DNA of 64,000 nucleotides. Source: a virus. The position numbers and the translations under genes are program-made. Positions 31,064-40,856 of the stretch are shown one piece after another. The notes under the pieces are model-generated. The model had not been told where the DNA came from. It searched no databases and saw nothing but the letters and a program-made list of their open reading frames with translations. Each line of letters begins with the position of its first letter. Positions within the stretch are counted from its first letter, which is position 1. The DNA is taken from positions 64,001-128,000 of IMG/VR virus record IMGVR_UViG_3300032224_000591. The stretch is one strand, 5' to 3'.

Positions 31064-31263
31064 GCCGATTTGAATGGGACTGGTTTATTGGATGGACATG
31101 CGCGACAGTTACAATTTTAGGGATTGTAACTGCAATTTATTTTGGTGTTCAGGATACTAACGCTAAGTATTATGCATCTATGGATAAGTGCACTACTGCT
31201 GGTGGTTCATTTATTCCTCAGAGTCAAGGTAGCGCAATTTGTATGATGGGAGTTAAGCAATGA
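31060..31263 (+). CDS. Small membrane protein
   Basis: One hydrophobic segment and a Cys pair. Confidence 0.65.
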   Translation: MSRFEWDWFIGWTCATVTILGIVTAIYFGVQDTNAKYYASMDKCTTAGGSFIPQSQGSAICMMGVKQ

Positions 31264-31658
31264 GTCGTGATTGGGTAAGAGACATCTTTACGATGCATAG
31301 CCATTATAAGCAACATAATGCTTTTGATAATATGGACAAGGAGAAGCTACAGAAGTTTCTTGAGTTCCGTATCAACTTCCTTCAGGAAGAACTTGATGAG
31401 ATGAAGAATGCTAAGAATGCGGACAATGTTGTGGATGCTCTTATTGATCTATGTGTGGTGGCTATCGGCACACTTGATGCGTATAATGTAGATGCATACA
31501 AAGCATGGGATGAAGTCCTGGATGCTAATATGAAGAAGGAAGTTGGTATCAAGGAAGGTCGACCTAATCCTCTTGGATTGCCTGACCTAATGAAGCCAGC
31601 TGGTTGGACTGCACCCTCACACATTGGCAATGAAGGCAAACTTAAAGAGATCTTCTAA
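31260..31658 (+). CDS. MazG-like / all-alpha NTP pyrophosphohydrolase
   Basis: LQEELDE...VVDALIDL...EV..ANM.K...KP.GW.AP. Confidence 0.85.
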   Translation: MSRDWVRDIFTMHSHYKQHNAFDNMDKEKLQKFLEFRINFLQEELDEMKNAKNADNVVDALIDLCVVAIGTLDAYNVDAYKAWDEVLDANMKKEVGIKEGRPNPLGLPDLMKPAGWTAPSHIGNEGKLKEIF

Positions 31659-32260
31659 TGTCTATCCATGATTATGCGAAGCTGCTTATGCCAAAGAATA
31701 GCTTCATCCTTGAAAAGACACCTGAGCTCAGAGACTTTATTGCCCATAAGGCACATGAAATCTTCCATAATAAAAAGCCTGGTGATAAAAGAACTGTAAC
31801 GCAAGTTTTCTGGGATACAGAAAATTCTGCACCAGAATTTATCATGCATCAAATCAATCCTAACTTTGTTAAAAATCCATGGAATGAAAATTTTAACTCC
31901 AGGGATCCTAAAACTTTTGCTTGGGATGTAAACTATGGTGACGATACTTTTGAACTGAAGCGTTGGCCAGATGATGATCGAACATCATGGTTTAGCTATT
32001 CAAAAGAACATCTTGGGACTATGCTAAAATATATCAACCTTATTGACTACGTAGTTTGTCCTAGGACTATCAAGCATGATGATGTATATGAGGTTTATTT
32101 TCCACTGATCGCTAGGGCTAAATCATTTAGTCGGTATCTAAAGCGATCAAATTACCAACATAAGGTGTACACGGATCAAGAAATAGTGTATTATAATCAC
32201 TTCTTTGCCGAACGAGACGGCGACTGTGTATTCGACCTTAACATAAAACATCGGAGCTAA
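31658..32260 (+). CDS. Hypothetical protein, possible PD-(D/E)XK nuclease
   Basis: E...WDV......ELK spacing. Confidence 0.45.
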   Translation: MSIHDYAKLLMPKNSFILEKTPELRDFIAHKAHEIFHNKKPGDKRTVTQVFWDTENSAPEFIMHQINPNFVKNPWNENFNSRDPKTFAWDVNYGDDTFELKRWPDDDRTSWFSYSKEHLGTMLKYINLIDYVVCPRTIKHDDVYEVYFPLIARAKSFSRYLKRSNYQHKVYTDQEIVYYNHFFAERDGDCVFDLNIKHRS

Positions 32261-32261
32261 T

Positions 32262-32618
32262 ATGGCAATTCTTGGACCTGGAATCGAGCGTACTTCTGTA
32301 ACCGTTCTTCGTGAGTGTATGGATCTTCAAATCAAGAAGTCCCAAGACTATCAGAACCCTAACTCGAATGTAGTGCAGGCAATGCACTATCGTCGTGGCA
32401 TTGACTCTATCCATGATATTATGCAAGGCAAGATGTATCGCGCACAGTCGTTGCTTGAGTCGGGTCGTGCTGAGGTTGCTAACTTTGAATCCCTTGAAGA
32501 TACCTATAAAGACCTGATCAACTATGCTTCATTCGCCGTTGCATGGTTGCGCGGTGGTATCGAAGGTCAGCAACCTGGCTATGACATCTTTAATAAGAAG
32601 ATCGGGCCGAAAGAATGA
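32262..32618 (+). CDS. Nucleotide-modification-associated alpha-helical protein (DUF1599-like)
   Basis: KK..DY, K..R, ESLEDT..DLINYA. Confidence 0.7.
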   Translation: MAILGPGIERTSVTVLRECMDLQIKKSQDYQNPNSNVVQAMHYRRGIDSIHDIMQGKMYRAQSLLESGRAEVANFESLEDTYKDLINYASFAVAWLRGGIEGQQPGYDIFNKKIGPKE

Positions 32619-33292
32619 TTCGTCGTAACTATGTTGAACAGATCCGTGAAGAGTTCCGCTACCTAAAGCAGCAAGGACTCTATATCACTGATAAGACTGG
32701 TGTTAAGATGCTCGAGATTCGAGGTGCATCATTTGTTGCTGATGCACCTGCAATCTTTGGTACAGTCAACCAGGACTATGTCGATCGTGAGCTCGCATGG
32801 TATCAATCCATGTCACTGAATGTGTTTGATATTCCCGGTGGTCCTCCTGCTATCTGGAAGCAGGTAGGTGATAAAGAAGGCTTTATCAACTCCAACTATG
32901 GTTGGGCTATCTGGTCTGGTCAAAACGAATATCAGTATGAGAACGTGTTGTGTGAACTCCTGAAGAACCATGAGTCACGTCGCGCGACCATGATCTATAC
33001 ACGACCGACCATGTGGACAGACTACAACAAGAATGGTCGTAGTGATTTTATGTGTACTAACGCTGTACAGTATATGATTCGTTATGGTAAGCTTGAAGCG
33101 GTAGTTCAGATGCGTTCGAACGATGTTGTGTTTGGTTATAAGAATGACTATGCATGGCAGAAGCATGTGCTTGATACTCTTGCTACCGACCTATCAGAAG
33201 CTGAAGGTGGTATTGATGTAGTGCCAGGTACGATTCATTGGAATGTTGGGAGCTTGCACGTATATGAGAGACACTTTAATCTCATTGACTAG
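32615..33292 (+). CDS. gp42: dCMP hydroxymethylase (T4 gp42-type, thymidylate synthase superfamily)
   Basis: INSNYGW, DFMCTN (catalytic Cys), MRSNDVVFGYKNDYAWQ with Asp at the dCMP-specificity position, SLHVYERHF. Confidence 0.88.
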   Translation: MIRRNYVEQIREEFRYLKQQGLYITDKTGVKMLEIRGASFVADAPAIFGTVNQDYVDRELAWYQSMSLNVFDIPGGPPAIWKQVGDKEGFINSNYGWAIWSGQNEYQYENVLCELLKNHESRRATMIYTRPTMWTDYNKNGRSDFMCTNAVQYMIRYGKLEAVVQMRSNDVVFGYKNDYAWQKHVLDTLATDLSEAEGGIDVVPGTIHWNVGSLHVYERHFNLID

Positions 33293-33782
33293 ATGGGACT
33301 ATCGATACCTCAACCTAGCTAAAGAGGTATCGACTTGGTCCAAAGATCCTAGTACTCAAGTTGGTGCTGTTATAGTCGGTGATAAGGGTCAAATCTTATC
33401 ACAGGGCTATAACGGCTTTCCTCGTGGTATTAAGGATAGTAAGAATCGCCTGAACGATCGACCAACTAAGTTAAAGCTGGTCGTTCATGCTGAGATGAAC
33501 TGTATCTATAATGCTTCATTCTCTGGTGTATCGCTGGAGAACTCAACCGTATATGTGCATGGATTGCCTGTATGCTCTGAATGTGCCAAGGGTGTTATCC
33601 AAGTTGGCATTAAACGCGTGATCATGTGTTACCCAATCGATATAGATGACAAGTGGAAAGATGCATTTGATGACACACAAAGAATGTTTGACGAAGCCGA
33701 CATCTCGTATACGAGTCTTAGTAGTGGGTATAAATCCAAGCAAGGGCTCAACGCGATCGAAGACTTTAGATCGACTATCTAA
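33264..33782 (+). CDS. cd: dCMP deaminase (start uncertain)
   Basis: SKDPSTQVGA, GYNGFPRG, HAE.N, PVCSEC. Confidence 0.92.
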   Translation: MRDTLISLTRWDYRYLNLAKEVSTWSKDPSTQVGAVIVGDKGQILSQGYNGFPRGIKDSKNRLNDRPTKLKLVVHAEMNCIYNASFSGVSLENSTVYVHGLPVCSECAKGVIQVGIKRVIMCYPIDIDDKWKDAFDDTQRMFDEADISYTSLSSGYKSKQGLNAIEDFRSTI

Positions 33783-34080
33783 ATGGGCTGAGAAGCTTGG
33801 TATCGAGTACTTCTCATTTGTCAACTGCGTACACATAACAGGTGTGTACAAACCGGTTGATATAGATTATAATACACTTATGGATTGTGCACAACTGCAT
33901 GATAAAGTGCTTGCGCTAGGTAACTTCCCGTCTCGTGCGTTGGAGATACTTGGTATCGAGCACTTTGTGCTGCCTCATCCGTCCGGACTAAATAGAAAAC
34001 TAAATGATCCGGAGTATGAGAAGCAGAAACTAAGTGAGGCTAAGAGGTACATTGATGGAAACCACAGAGTATTACGATGA
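33646..34080 (+). CDS. Uracil-DNA-glycosylase-superfamily protein (short; start uncertain)
   Basis: VLVVGINPS, F.N, ALG, LPHPSGLNR. Confidence 0.7.
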   Translation: MTSGKMHLMTHKECLTKPTSRIRVLVVGINPSKGSTRSKTLDRLSKWAEKLGIEYFSFVNCVHITGVYKPVDIDYNTLMDCAQLHDKVLALGNFPSRALEILGIEHFVLPHPSGLNRKLNDPEYEKQKLSEAKRYIDGNHRVLR

Positions 34081-35200
34081 GTACCTGCGTTACTTCACTC
34101 TGGCTAAGACACAACAAGAGAGATGCAATCTCGGGTCTATCCCCTATCTTGAATCGAGAATGGGCGACGACCTCCTCGAGCATGTTGAACTCTACGATGT
34201 TGTCGAGCGAAAGTTTGCTGGATTTTCGCAAATCATGCATGACTGCTACCATGGATGGACACCCTCCCACCCATACTGGACAAAGATGGAAAGAGGCATC
34301 CACTCTCGATACAGAGAAGTTGTAGCAAAGAACTGGACAGGCAAGCATAGTGATTTTGGACTAGCTGAGTGGCTTTATGTTTTCATCGTTCATCGTGTTA
34401 CCGGTTCAGGCATTAATTATGCTGTGAAGCCATCTGGCTATCACAACAGTATCCTATTCTCTTTGCATGAGTCAAAGACGATTGAGGATATGGTGAAGAT
34501 TATTAAGAACTATCAGTTCCCATTCTATACATCTGTAGGTTACCAGTTCCCTCAGTTTCCAAAGCCTGAGGGTGGCTACAAGAAGGGTGGCGACTACTAT
34601 CTTGGTGAGTTCGCACCCCGCCTCGCACGTGATTTGGCTGACTTCCTTGAGAAAGGTCGTGGGCGTGATCTTCGTGAGATTGGTAGTTTCATGCTCAATT
34701 GGAATACACGTAATGGGTTAAAGCAGTATCACTTTCAGTATGCGGCTATTGTTGCAGACATTGCTGATTGGTACCCATGCTATGTGAACCCACGCAGTCC
34801 ATTCTATTATGGATCAAATGCCAAAGAGTGTATCTCATATCTTGCTATCAACACACAAAAGAAAAAGCAGATCGACTTCCTTGATGACGTGATGGAACGC
34901 ATCTATGAGGATACCAACTCTTTTCCATATAATGCCGAGGACGTATGTTGTGACTTCATTCGTTGGGTTGAGAACTTTGTTAAGCCGGGTGCTTCCTATG
35001 ACCACCTTGATCGCGATGCTATCTGGTCATCCTGTAGAATCAAGGATCACCCGTTTGGCAGACAAAGGGCGATGCTTCAACTTGGTCTGGTTGATTCGTT
35101 CAACAACATGAATCATCATCCATCTGATAGCTATGTATTAGATATGAATGGCATCAGCGTGGTAGAGTACAAGAGGAAAGTAAACGAACTTGTCGCATGA
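34055..35200 (+). CDS. Putative amino acid/amine:DNA transferase (aGPT-Pplase-like, HhH glycosylase fold)
   Basis: Gene context plus C-terminal NAEDVCCDFIRW, resembling the E..(L)C(E/D)..(K/R) motif; inferred. Confidence 0.5.
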   Translation: METTEYYDEYLRYFTLAKTQQERCNLGSIPYLESRMGDDLLEHVELYDVVERKFAGFSQIMHDCYHGWTPSHPYWTKMERGIHSRYREVVAKNWTGKHSDFGLAEWLYVFIVHRVTGSGINYAVKPSGYHNSILFSLHESKTIEDMVKIIKNYQFPFYTSVGYQFPQFPKPEGGYKKGGDYYLGEFAPRLARDLADFLEKGRGRDLREIGSFMLNWNTRNGLKQYHFQYAAIVADIADWYPCYVNPRSPFYYGSNAKECISYLAINTQKKKQIDFLDDVMERIYEDTNSFPYNAEDVCCDFIRWVENFVKPGASYDHLDRDAIWSSCRIKDHPFGRQRAMLQLGLVDSFNNMNHHPSDSYVLDMNGISVVEYKRKVNELVA

Positions 35201-36092
35201 TTATCACGTACTAGATGGACATAATAAAGACTTACGCATGATGGATTGGGAGCAAGCGAAGGAGTATTATCTTTCGCTTACAGCTGGTTGGACTCCATAC
35301 AATCCTGACCCAGTTGTGATCGAACATGAGGGTGTTCGAGTAGTTAGAGATGACCTGATCGTTGGTACGAAAACTCGTGCCGGCGATCTTCTAGCTGCTA
35401 AAACAAACTACAAGACGTTGGTGTACGTACAGCCACGAACTGGATTGGCTGGTGTATCACTAAACGAGGTTGCGCGTATACATAACAAGGATGTTGTGTT
35501 ATTCATGCCTTCATCGAAGCGTATCTCCCTGCATCAGGCGTGTTGCATTGAGCAAGGTGCAAAACCTATCTTCGAACGTATCGCTGCAATGCCTATTCTA
35601 AATATTATGGCTAAAGAGTGGGCAGAGAAGAATGATGCTTTCTTCATCCCACTCGGTTTGAAGCATGAGCTTGCAACTGCTGGTATCGTGCACGCTGCAA
35701 GTAAGATCGATCCACCCGATGAGGTATATGTAGCCATATCAACAGGTGTTCTATCACGTGCTCTGCAGATTGCTTGGCCTAAAGCTAAGTTTCATTGTGT
35801 TGCAGTATCACGTAACTTAAAGGCCGGTGAACTTGGTAGAGCTGAGGTTATCTCTGATCCTCTTGCGTTTCAAACACCAGAACCATATCTTCCACCTTTC
35901 CCAACAGTTGCAACGTATGATGCAAAGGTGTGGAAGTATATCCCGAAGAACACAGGTCGTAACATCCTAATGTGGAACGTTGGGACCGAGCCTGTACTAA
36001 AAGATGAGACGATCTATGATCGCGTAGATTCATATCGTGATTGGAAAAAGAATGAAAGCACTCGTAGTAACTCCCTTCACTCCTTTATCTAA
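35190..36092 (+). CDS. PLP-dependent enzyme, fold type II
   Basis: VVRDDL..GTK.R (PLP Lys), STG.L phosphate loop, YDAK.W, L.WNVG. Confidence 0.8.
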   Translation: MSHDYHVLDGHNKDLRMMDWEQAKEYYLSLTAGWTPYNPDPVVIEHEGVRVVRDDLIVGTKTRAGDLLAAKTNYKTLVYVQPRTGLAGVSLNEVARIHNKDVVLFMPSSKRISLHQACCIEQGAKPIFERIAAMPILNIMAKEWAEKNDAFFIPLGLKHELATAGIVHAASKIDPPDEVYVAISTGVLSRALQIAWPKAKFHCVAVSRNLKAGELGRAEVISDPLAFQTPEPYLPPFPTVATYDAKVWKYIPKNTGRNILMWNVGTEPVLKDETIYDRVDSYRDWKKNESTRSNSLHSFI

Positions 36093-37101
36093 GAACTTAG
36101 CATCGCATCGCTCTGCACAAGGAGCGATCTATGCTGATCAGCTTGAGTTCTCAGGTATCAATATCGATCTAGCTATGACCGGCAATATTCCTGATGATTA
36201 CAATGAGTATGACGCTCTGTATGTCTATCATGGTAATGATTGGGGTGGCACACTCAATATGTTTGGTGGCGTCAAGAATTATGCTAACATTGATAGTGTA
36301 ATAAAGATGTCAAAATTCAAGAAAAGGGTGTATAGTATAGGTATTGAATATCCTGACTATCATGGTATGCTACGCACTAGACTTGATAAAACACCTGATG
36401 CACATCCTGACTGGAACCTGGTTGATTGGGAAGGCTTGAACATCATCAAACATCGTAGCACAGTCATGAATCCTAATGACCTGTTCCATGACTATCCTGC
36501 GATCGCTGTTGGCGACTCGCACGCTATTAGTTTGTACCGTCCTGGTTGGTTAAATGTGTCTGTACCTTTCAAGACACTACATGGTGCATTGAGCGCTGGA
36601 CTTGAGTCCTTCCTGCCTAAGGATCAAAAGTTTACAGAGATCGACTTCTACTTTGGCAACATCGATATTCGTCATCATCTTTGTAGGTTCCCCGATCCTG
36701 TTGCATCAACGCTCAAGCTCGTCAGCACATACGTAAAACAGGCTAACATGCTAGCTGAGAAGTATGATGCAACTGTAAATCTATATGAGCCATTGCCTAT
36801 TGAGAATGAGTCACGTAAGATTCCTCAGACTGGCTACTACAAAGGTAAGCCATTCCATGGTACATGGGAAGAGCGTGAACGTGTTCGTCTTTGGTTTAGA
36901 TCACATCTACAAATGGAAGCCGCAAATACCAAGCGCGTCTGGATTAAGAGATGGGTTGATGGATTCAAGAATGAAGCTGGTGAGTTAGACTTTAAGTATA
37001 TGGAGAAGCCACAGTCAGTGCATCTATCGCGTGAGTATTATCCTTATTGGCAGGGATTGAAGTGGAATGGGATTTCATCATTGAAAGGATTTATGGAATG
37101 A
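36052..37101 (+). CDS. Protein with a C-terminal SGNH/GDSL-like domain
   Basis: GDSH (block I), FGNID (block III), SVHL (block V). Confidence 0.55.
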   Translation: MKALVVTPFTPLSKNLASHRSAQGAIYADQLEFSGINIDLAMTGNIPDDYNEYDALYVYHGNDWGGTLNMFGGVKNYANIDSVIKMSKFKKRVYSIGIEYPDYHGMLRTRLDKTPDAHPDWNLVDWEGLNIIKHRSTVMNPNDLFHDYPAIAVGDSHAISLYRPGWLNVSVPFKTLHGALSAGLESFLPKDQKFTEIDFYFGNIDIRHHLCRFPDPVASTLKLVSTYVKQANMLAEKYDATVNLYEPLPIENESRKIPQTGYYKGKPFHGTWEERERVRLWFRSHLQMEAANTKRVWIKRWVDGFKNEAGELDFKYMEKPQSVHLSREYYPYWQGLKWNGISSLKGFME

Positions 37102-37445
37102 ATTCTGACGACCTAAAATATTTGGAAAATATAAAATATTTGGAAAATGTTATGAATAAATTGGATGAGAAGAATATTAAATACAAGTTTAATGAAGAGC
37201 AACTCGTTGCAGAACTGAAGGCATATATAGATGGTACCTACACATCTCATTATGTTGGCACTGACAACGTCCAGGCATTCGAGCTTATTGCAGCCGCAGG
37301 CCATGGAATGGGATTCACAATTGGCGACATTATTAAGTACGCTTCTCGCTACGGCAAGAAGGGTGGTCGCAACCGCCAAGATCTTTTGAAGATCCTTCAC
37401 TATACTATTTTAGCACTGTACGTGCATGACAAGGAGACTAAGTAA
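37098..37445 (+). CDS. DUF3310-like protein (possible nucleotide kinase family)
   Basis: HY, GF..G.IIKY..RYGKKG...DL.K..HY. Confidence 0.7.
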   Translation: MNSDDLKYLENIKYLENVMNKLDEKNIKYKFNEEQLVAELKAYIDGTYTSHYVGTDNVQAFELIAAAGHGMGFTIGDIIKYASRYGKKGGRNRQDLLKILHYTILALYVHDKETK

Positions 37446-38440
37446 TGGAAATTAAGTTTGAGTTCGACAAGCTTCAGAAGCAGAAGCTATTTGTCGCCAC
37501 TCCTATGTATGGTGGTGCTTGCGCTGGTATGTTTACCAAGTCATGTACCGACCTTTCAGCGTTCTGTGCTGCTCATAACATCCCGCTGCAGTTCTACTTC
37601 CTGTTCAACGAGTCGCTGATCACACGCGCACGTAACTACTGTGTAGACGAGTTCATGCGTTCGGGTGCTGACCATCTGATGTTCATTGACTCTGACATTG
37701 GGTTCAATGCTCAGGACATTATCGCCATGATGGTGATGCAGGGCAATGAGCCTGAAAAATACCAAATCATTGGTGGACCGTATCCTAAGAAGTGCATCTC
37801 ATGGGAGAAGATCAAGAAGGCTGTCGATAAGGGCGTAGCTGATACAGATCCGAACGTCCTTGAGCGCTTTGTTGGTGACTATGTCTTCAACCCTAAGGGT
37901 GGTTCACAGACTATTCAGATCAGCGAGCCATGCGAAGTTCTTGAGATTGGCACTGGCTTTATGATGGTTCATCGTACTGCCATGCAAAAGTTCTATGATA
38001 CTTTCCCGCAGTATATGTACAAGCCTGATCATGTTCGTACTGAACACTTTGATGGTACTCGTGAGATCATGCAGGCCTTCCAGGCTGAAGTCGATCAGCT
38101 TGACTTTAAGTCATACTACGAGCAGGAGATGAAGCGCGTCTCTGAGATGAAGCTTAATGATCCTGAAGCTATTCAGGCTGAAATTGAGAAGGTGCTTGCT
38201 ACTGCGCAAGAAATCAATAGCAAGAAGTCAAAGCGTTATCTGTCTGAAGACTACTGGTTCTGTCAGAAGGCACAGGAAGCTAACATTAAAACCTGGTTCT
38301 GCCCATGGATGCGTCTGCAGCATGTTGGCAGCTATATCTTCGGTGGCTCATTAGCCGATCTTGCAGCTATTGGTGCATCTGCTACCGCTGATCCAAGCGC
38401 GCTTGGAAAAACTAAAGTGAATCGCAAGCCTGAGCGATAA
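37445..38440 (+). CDS. GT-A fold glycosyltransferase-like protein
   Basis: ATPMYGG, ESLITRARN, FIDSDI (DxD), GTGFM, LSEDYWFC, L.HVG. Confidence 0.8.
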   Translation: MEIKFEFDKLQKQKLFVATPMYGGACAGMFTKSCTDLSAFCAAHNIPLQFYFLFNESLITRARNYCVDEFMRSGADHLMFIDSDIGFNAQDIIAMMVMQGNEPEKYQIIGGPYPKKCISWEKIKKAVDKGVADTDPNVLERFVGDYVFNPKGGSQTIQISEPCEVLEIGTGFMMVHRTAMQKFYDTFPQYMYKPDHVRTEHFDGTREIMQAFQAEVDQLDFKSYYEQEMKRVSEMKLNDPEAIQAEIEKVLATAQEINSKKSKRYLSEDYWFCQKAQEANIKTWFCPWMRLQHVGSYIFGGSLADLAAIGASATADPSALGKTKVNRKPER

Positions 38441-38466
38441 TTGAACCTTACATTATGGAGTATATT

Positions 38467-39135
38467 ATGCAGAACATGAAGCTTGACACACGTACTACGA
38501 ATATCCTGAAGAACTTCTCTTCTATCAACCCTTCGTTGCTCTTTACACCGGGCAGCACACTCAAGACGCAGTCGCCAACATCTTCTATCTTGGCGACTGC
38601 GACCATCACGCAGAACTTTGACTCACAGTTCGCTATCTATGAGCTGTCGCGTCTGCTTGGTGTCATGTCCTTGTTCAAGGAGCCTGAACTTCAGATTGAT
38701 GAGAAGTTCCTTGTCATCAAGGATAGCAATGGTCAGAAGCGTGTGAAGTACACGTTTACCGATCCTTCAAACATCATCGCCCCTAAGGCAGATGTTAAGG
38801 TTCGTATGCCTGAGACTCTTGCTGAAGTTAAGGTGACTTCTGACGTATTGAATGATGTGCTTCGTGCGGCTGCTCTCTTGAAGCATCCTGACGTTGCATT
38901 CATCGGTCAAGATGGTCAGCTGACGCTGTCGACTATCGACTCTTCGAAGAAGAGTAAGGACTCTTATGACATCACTATCGGTACGACTGAGCATACGTTT
39001 CAAGTGATCTTTAAGCTTGAGACGCTAAAGCTGCTTCCAGGTGACTATGACGTCACAGTAGCAAAGGGACTTGCCTTCTGGAAAGGTGAAGACGTCGAGT
39101 ACTACACGGGCGCTGAATCAAACTCTTCATTCTAA
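38467..39135 (+). CDS. gp45: Sliding clamp gp45
   Basis: T..ILKNFSSINPS, FAIYEL...L, LLPGDY.V. Confidence 0.93.
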   Translation: MQNMKLDTRTTNILKNFSSINPSLLFTPGSTLKTQSPTSSILATATITQNFDSQFAIYELSRLLGVMSLFKEPELQIDEKFLVIKDSNGQKRVKYTFTDPSNIIAPKADVKVRMPETLAEVKVTSDVLNDVLRAAALLKHPDVAFIGQDGQLTLSTIDSSKKSKDSYDITIGTTEHTFQVIFKLETLKLLPGDYDVTVAKGLAFWKGEDVEYYTGAESNSSF

Positions 39136-39146
39136 GGGAGTTTGAT

Positions 39147-40082
39147 ATGCTTGAGCAATTTCTGTGGGTAGAGAAGTATCGTCCGAAGACGATTGCTGAT
39201 ACGATCCTGCCTTCTGATTTGAAGGCAACGTTTCAGCAGTTCGTCGACCAAAAGAACATTCCAAACTTGATCTTGTCTGGTACGGCTGGCGTGGGTAAAA
39301 CCACGGTAGCTCGTGCTATGCTCGAAGAGCTGGCGTGTGATTATGTTGTAATCAATGGATCTATGAATGGTAACATCGACACACTCCGTAATGACATCAT
39401 GCAGTTCGCAAGTTCTATCAGCTTCACGGGTGGACGTAAGTACGTCATTCTTGACGAGGCAGATTACCTCAATCCAAACTCTACGCAGCCGGCACTCCGC
39501 AATTTCATGGAAGAGTTCTCCAGAAATTGTGGTTTCATTCTCACCTGCAACTTTAAGTCTAGAATCATTGAACCGCTTCATTCTAGGTGCTCTGTCATAG
39601 ATTTTAAGATTACGCCGAAGGACAACGCAAAGCTTGCGATGCAGTTCTTCAAGCGTGTGCAGGGTATCCTTGATAGGGAAGAGATTCAGTATGATAAGGC
39701 TGTAGTGGCTGAAGTCATTCAGAAGCACTTCCCCGACTGGCGCCGCGTGCTTAATGAGTTGCAGCGCTACTCGGCTACTGGCAAGATCGATACTGGTATC
39801 CTTGTCAACCTTGATGAGGAAGCGTTCAATCAGTTGGTTGGTCTACTTAAGGACAAGAACTTTACGAGCATGCGCAAGTGGGTAGATAGCAACACTATCG
39901 ATCAGACTGCCATGTTCCGTAAGTTCTATGATACTGCAGCTAGCTATATGACGCCAGGTGGCGTAGCACAACTCGTTATGCTACTTGGTAAGTATCAGTA
40001 TCAAGCTGCATTTGCTGCTGATCCAGTGATCAACTTCACTGCCTTCCTGACTGAGGTCATGACCAAGTGTGAGTTCGAGTAA
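39147..40082 (+). CDS. gp44: Clamp loader ATPase subunit gp44
   Basis: LWVEKYRP, GTAGVGKTT, DEAD, SRC. Confidence 0.96.
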   Translation: MLEQFLWVEKYRPKTIADTILPSDLKATFQQFVDQKNIPNLILSGTAGVGKTTVARAMLEELACDYVVINGSMNGNIDTLRNDIMQFASSISFTGGRKYVILDEADYLNPNSTQPALRNFMEEFSRNCGFILTCNFKSRIIEPLHSRCSVIDFKITPKDNAKLAMQFFKRVQGILDREEIQYDKAVVAEVIQKHFPDWRRVLNELQRYSATGKIDTGILVNLDEEAFNQLVGLLKDKNFTSMRKWVDSNTIDQTAMFRKFYDTAASYMTPGGVAQLVMLLGKYQYQAAFAADPVINFTAFLTEVMTKCEFE

Positions 40083-40459
40083 TGGCATATGATTGGCGAT
40101 ACGAGAACAGCATCAACTCCACCAAGGACTATCAGGATCCGGATGGGAATGAGCACAAGTACTCCGCATGGCGTACAAACTCGTCCCTGTCATACTTCCC
40201 TGATACTGTACTCTATGCCAATGATATGAACATGCTTCATCATCTGGATGACAAGCCACAATACGACTACCTCTTCTTCTCCATCCGCCAGAAGAAGAGG
40301 TTCTTTAAGAGGGACAAGAAGCAGGACAAAGACAGCAACTTCGCTTTAGTTCAGGACCACTATAAATATAATAATACGAGAGCAAGGGAAGCACTGCAGA
40401 TTCTTACGGAGAAGCAGCTCGATATTATTCGACAAAAAGAAGAAAAAGGTGGAACATGA
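40082..40459 (+). CDS. gp62: Clamp loader small subunit gp62
   Basis: SLSYFPDT....N.MN, QYDYL; synteny. Confidence 0.9.
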   Translation: MAYDWRYENSINSTKDYQDPDGNEHKYSAWRTNSSLSYFPDTVLYANDMNMLHHLDDKPQYDYLFFSIRQKKRFFKRDKKQDKDSNFALVQDHYKYNNTRAREALQILTEKQLDIIRQKEEKGGT

Positions 40460-40854
40460 ACTTAATCGAATCACTGGTTGAAGTGAGAATCGCTGAGGAA
40501 GAGGACTTCCTAAAGATCAAGGAAACTCTGACACGTATTGGCGTTGCATCTCGTAAGGATCAAAAGCTTTATCAGTCCTGTCATATCCTGCACAAACAGG
40601 GTAAGTACTATATCGTCCATTTCAAAGAGCTCTTTGCCCTAGATGGGAAGCCTTCGGACTTCACACCTGAGGACAAGGGAAGACGTAACACTATTGCTTT
40701 GCTCCTAGAGGAGTGGGGGCTGGTGAAGGTTGTAGAACCAGAGAGAATCGCAGAGCCTAAGGCACCGATGAGTCAGGTGAAGATCCTGCCTCATAAGGAA
40801 AAGGATAACTGGATTCTGGAAGCAAAGTACAATATCGGCAGAAAGAAGAAATAG
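40456..40854 (+). CDS. regA: Translational repressor RegA
   Basis: DFLKIKETLTRIG, LYQSCHILHKQG.YYIVHFKELF. Confidence 0.97.
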   Translation: MNLIESLVEVRIAEEEDFLKIKETLTRIGVASRKDQKLYQSCHILHKQGKYYIVHFKELFALDGKPSDFTPEDKGRRNTIALLLEEWGLVKVVEPERIAEPKAPMSQVKILPHKEKDNWILEAKYNIGRKKK

Positions 40855-40856
40855 GC

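Noticed and set aside
32615-33292. Ordinary thymidylate synthase or dUMP hydroxymethylase
   Set aside because: Asp rather than Asn at the specificity position, and gp42-like surrounding motifs
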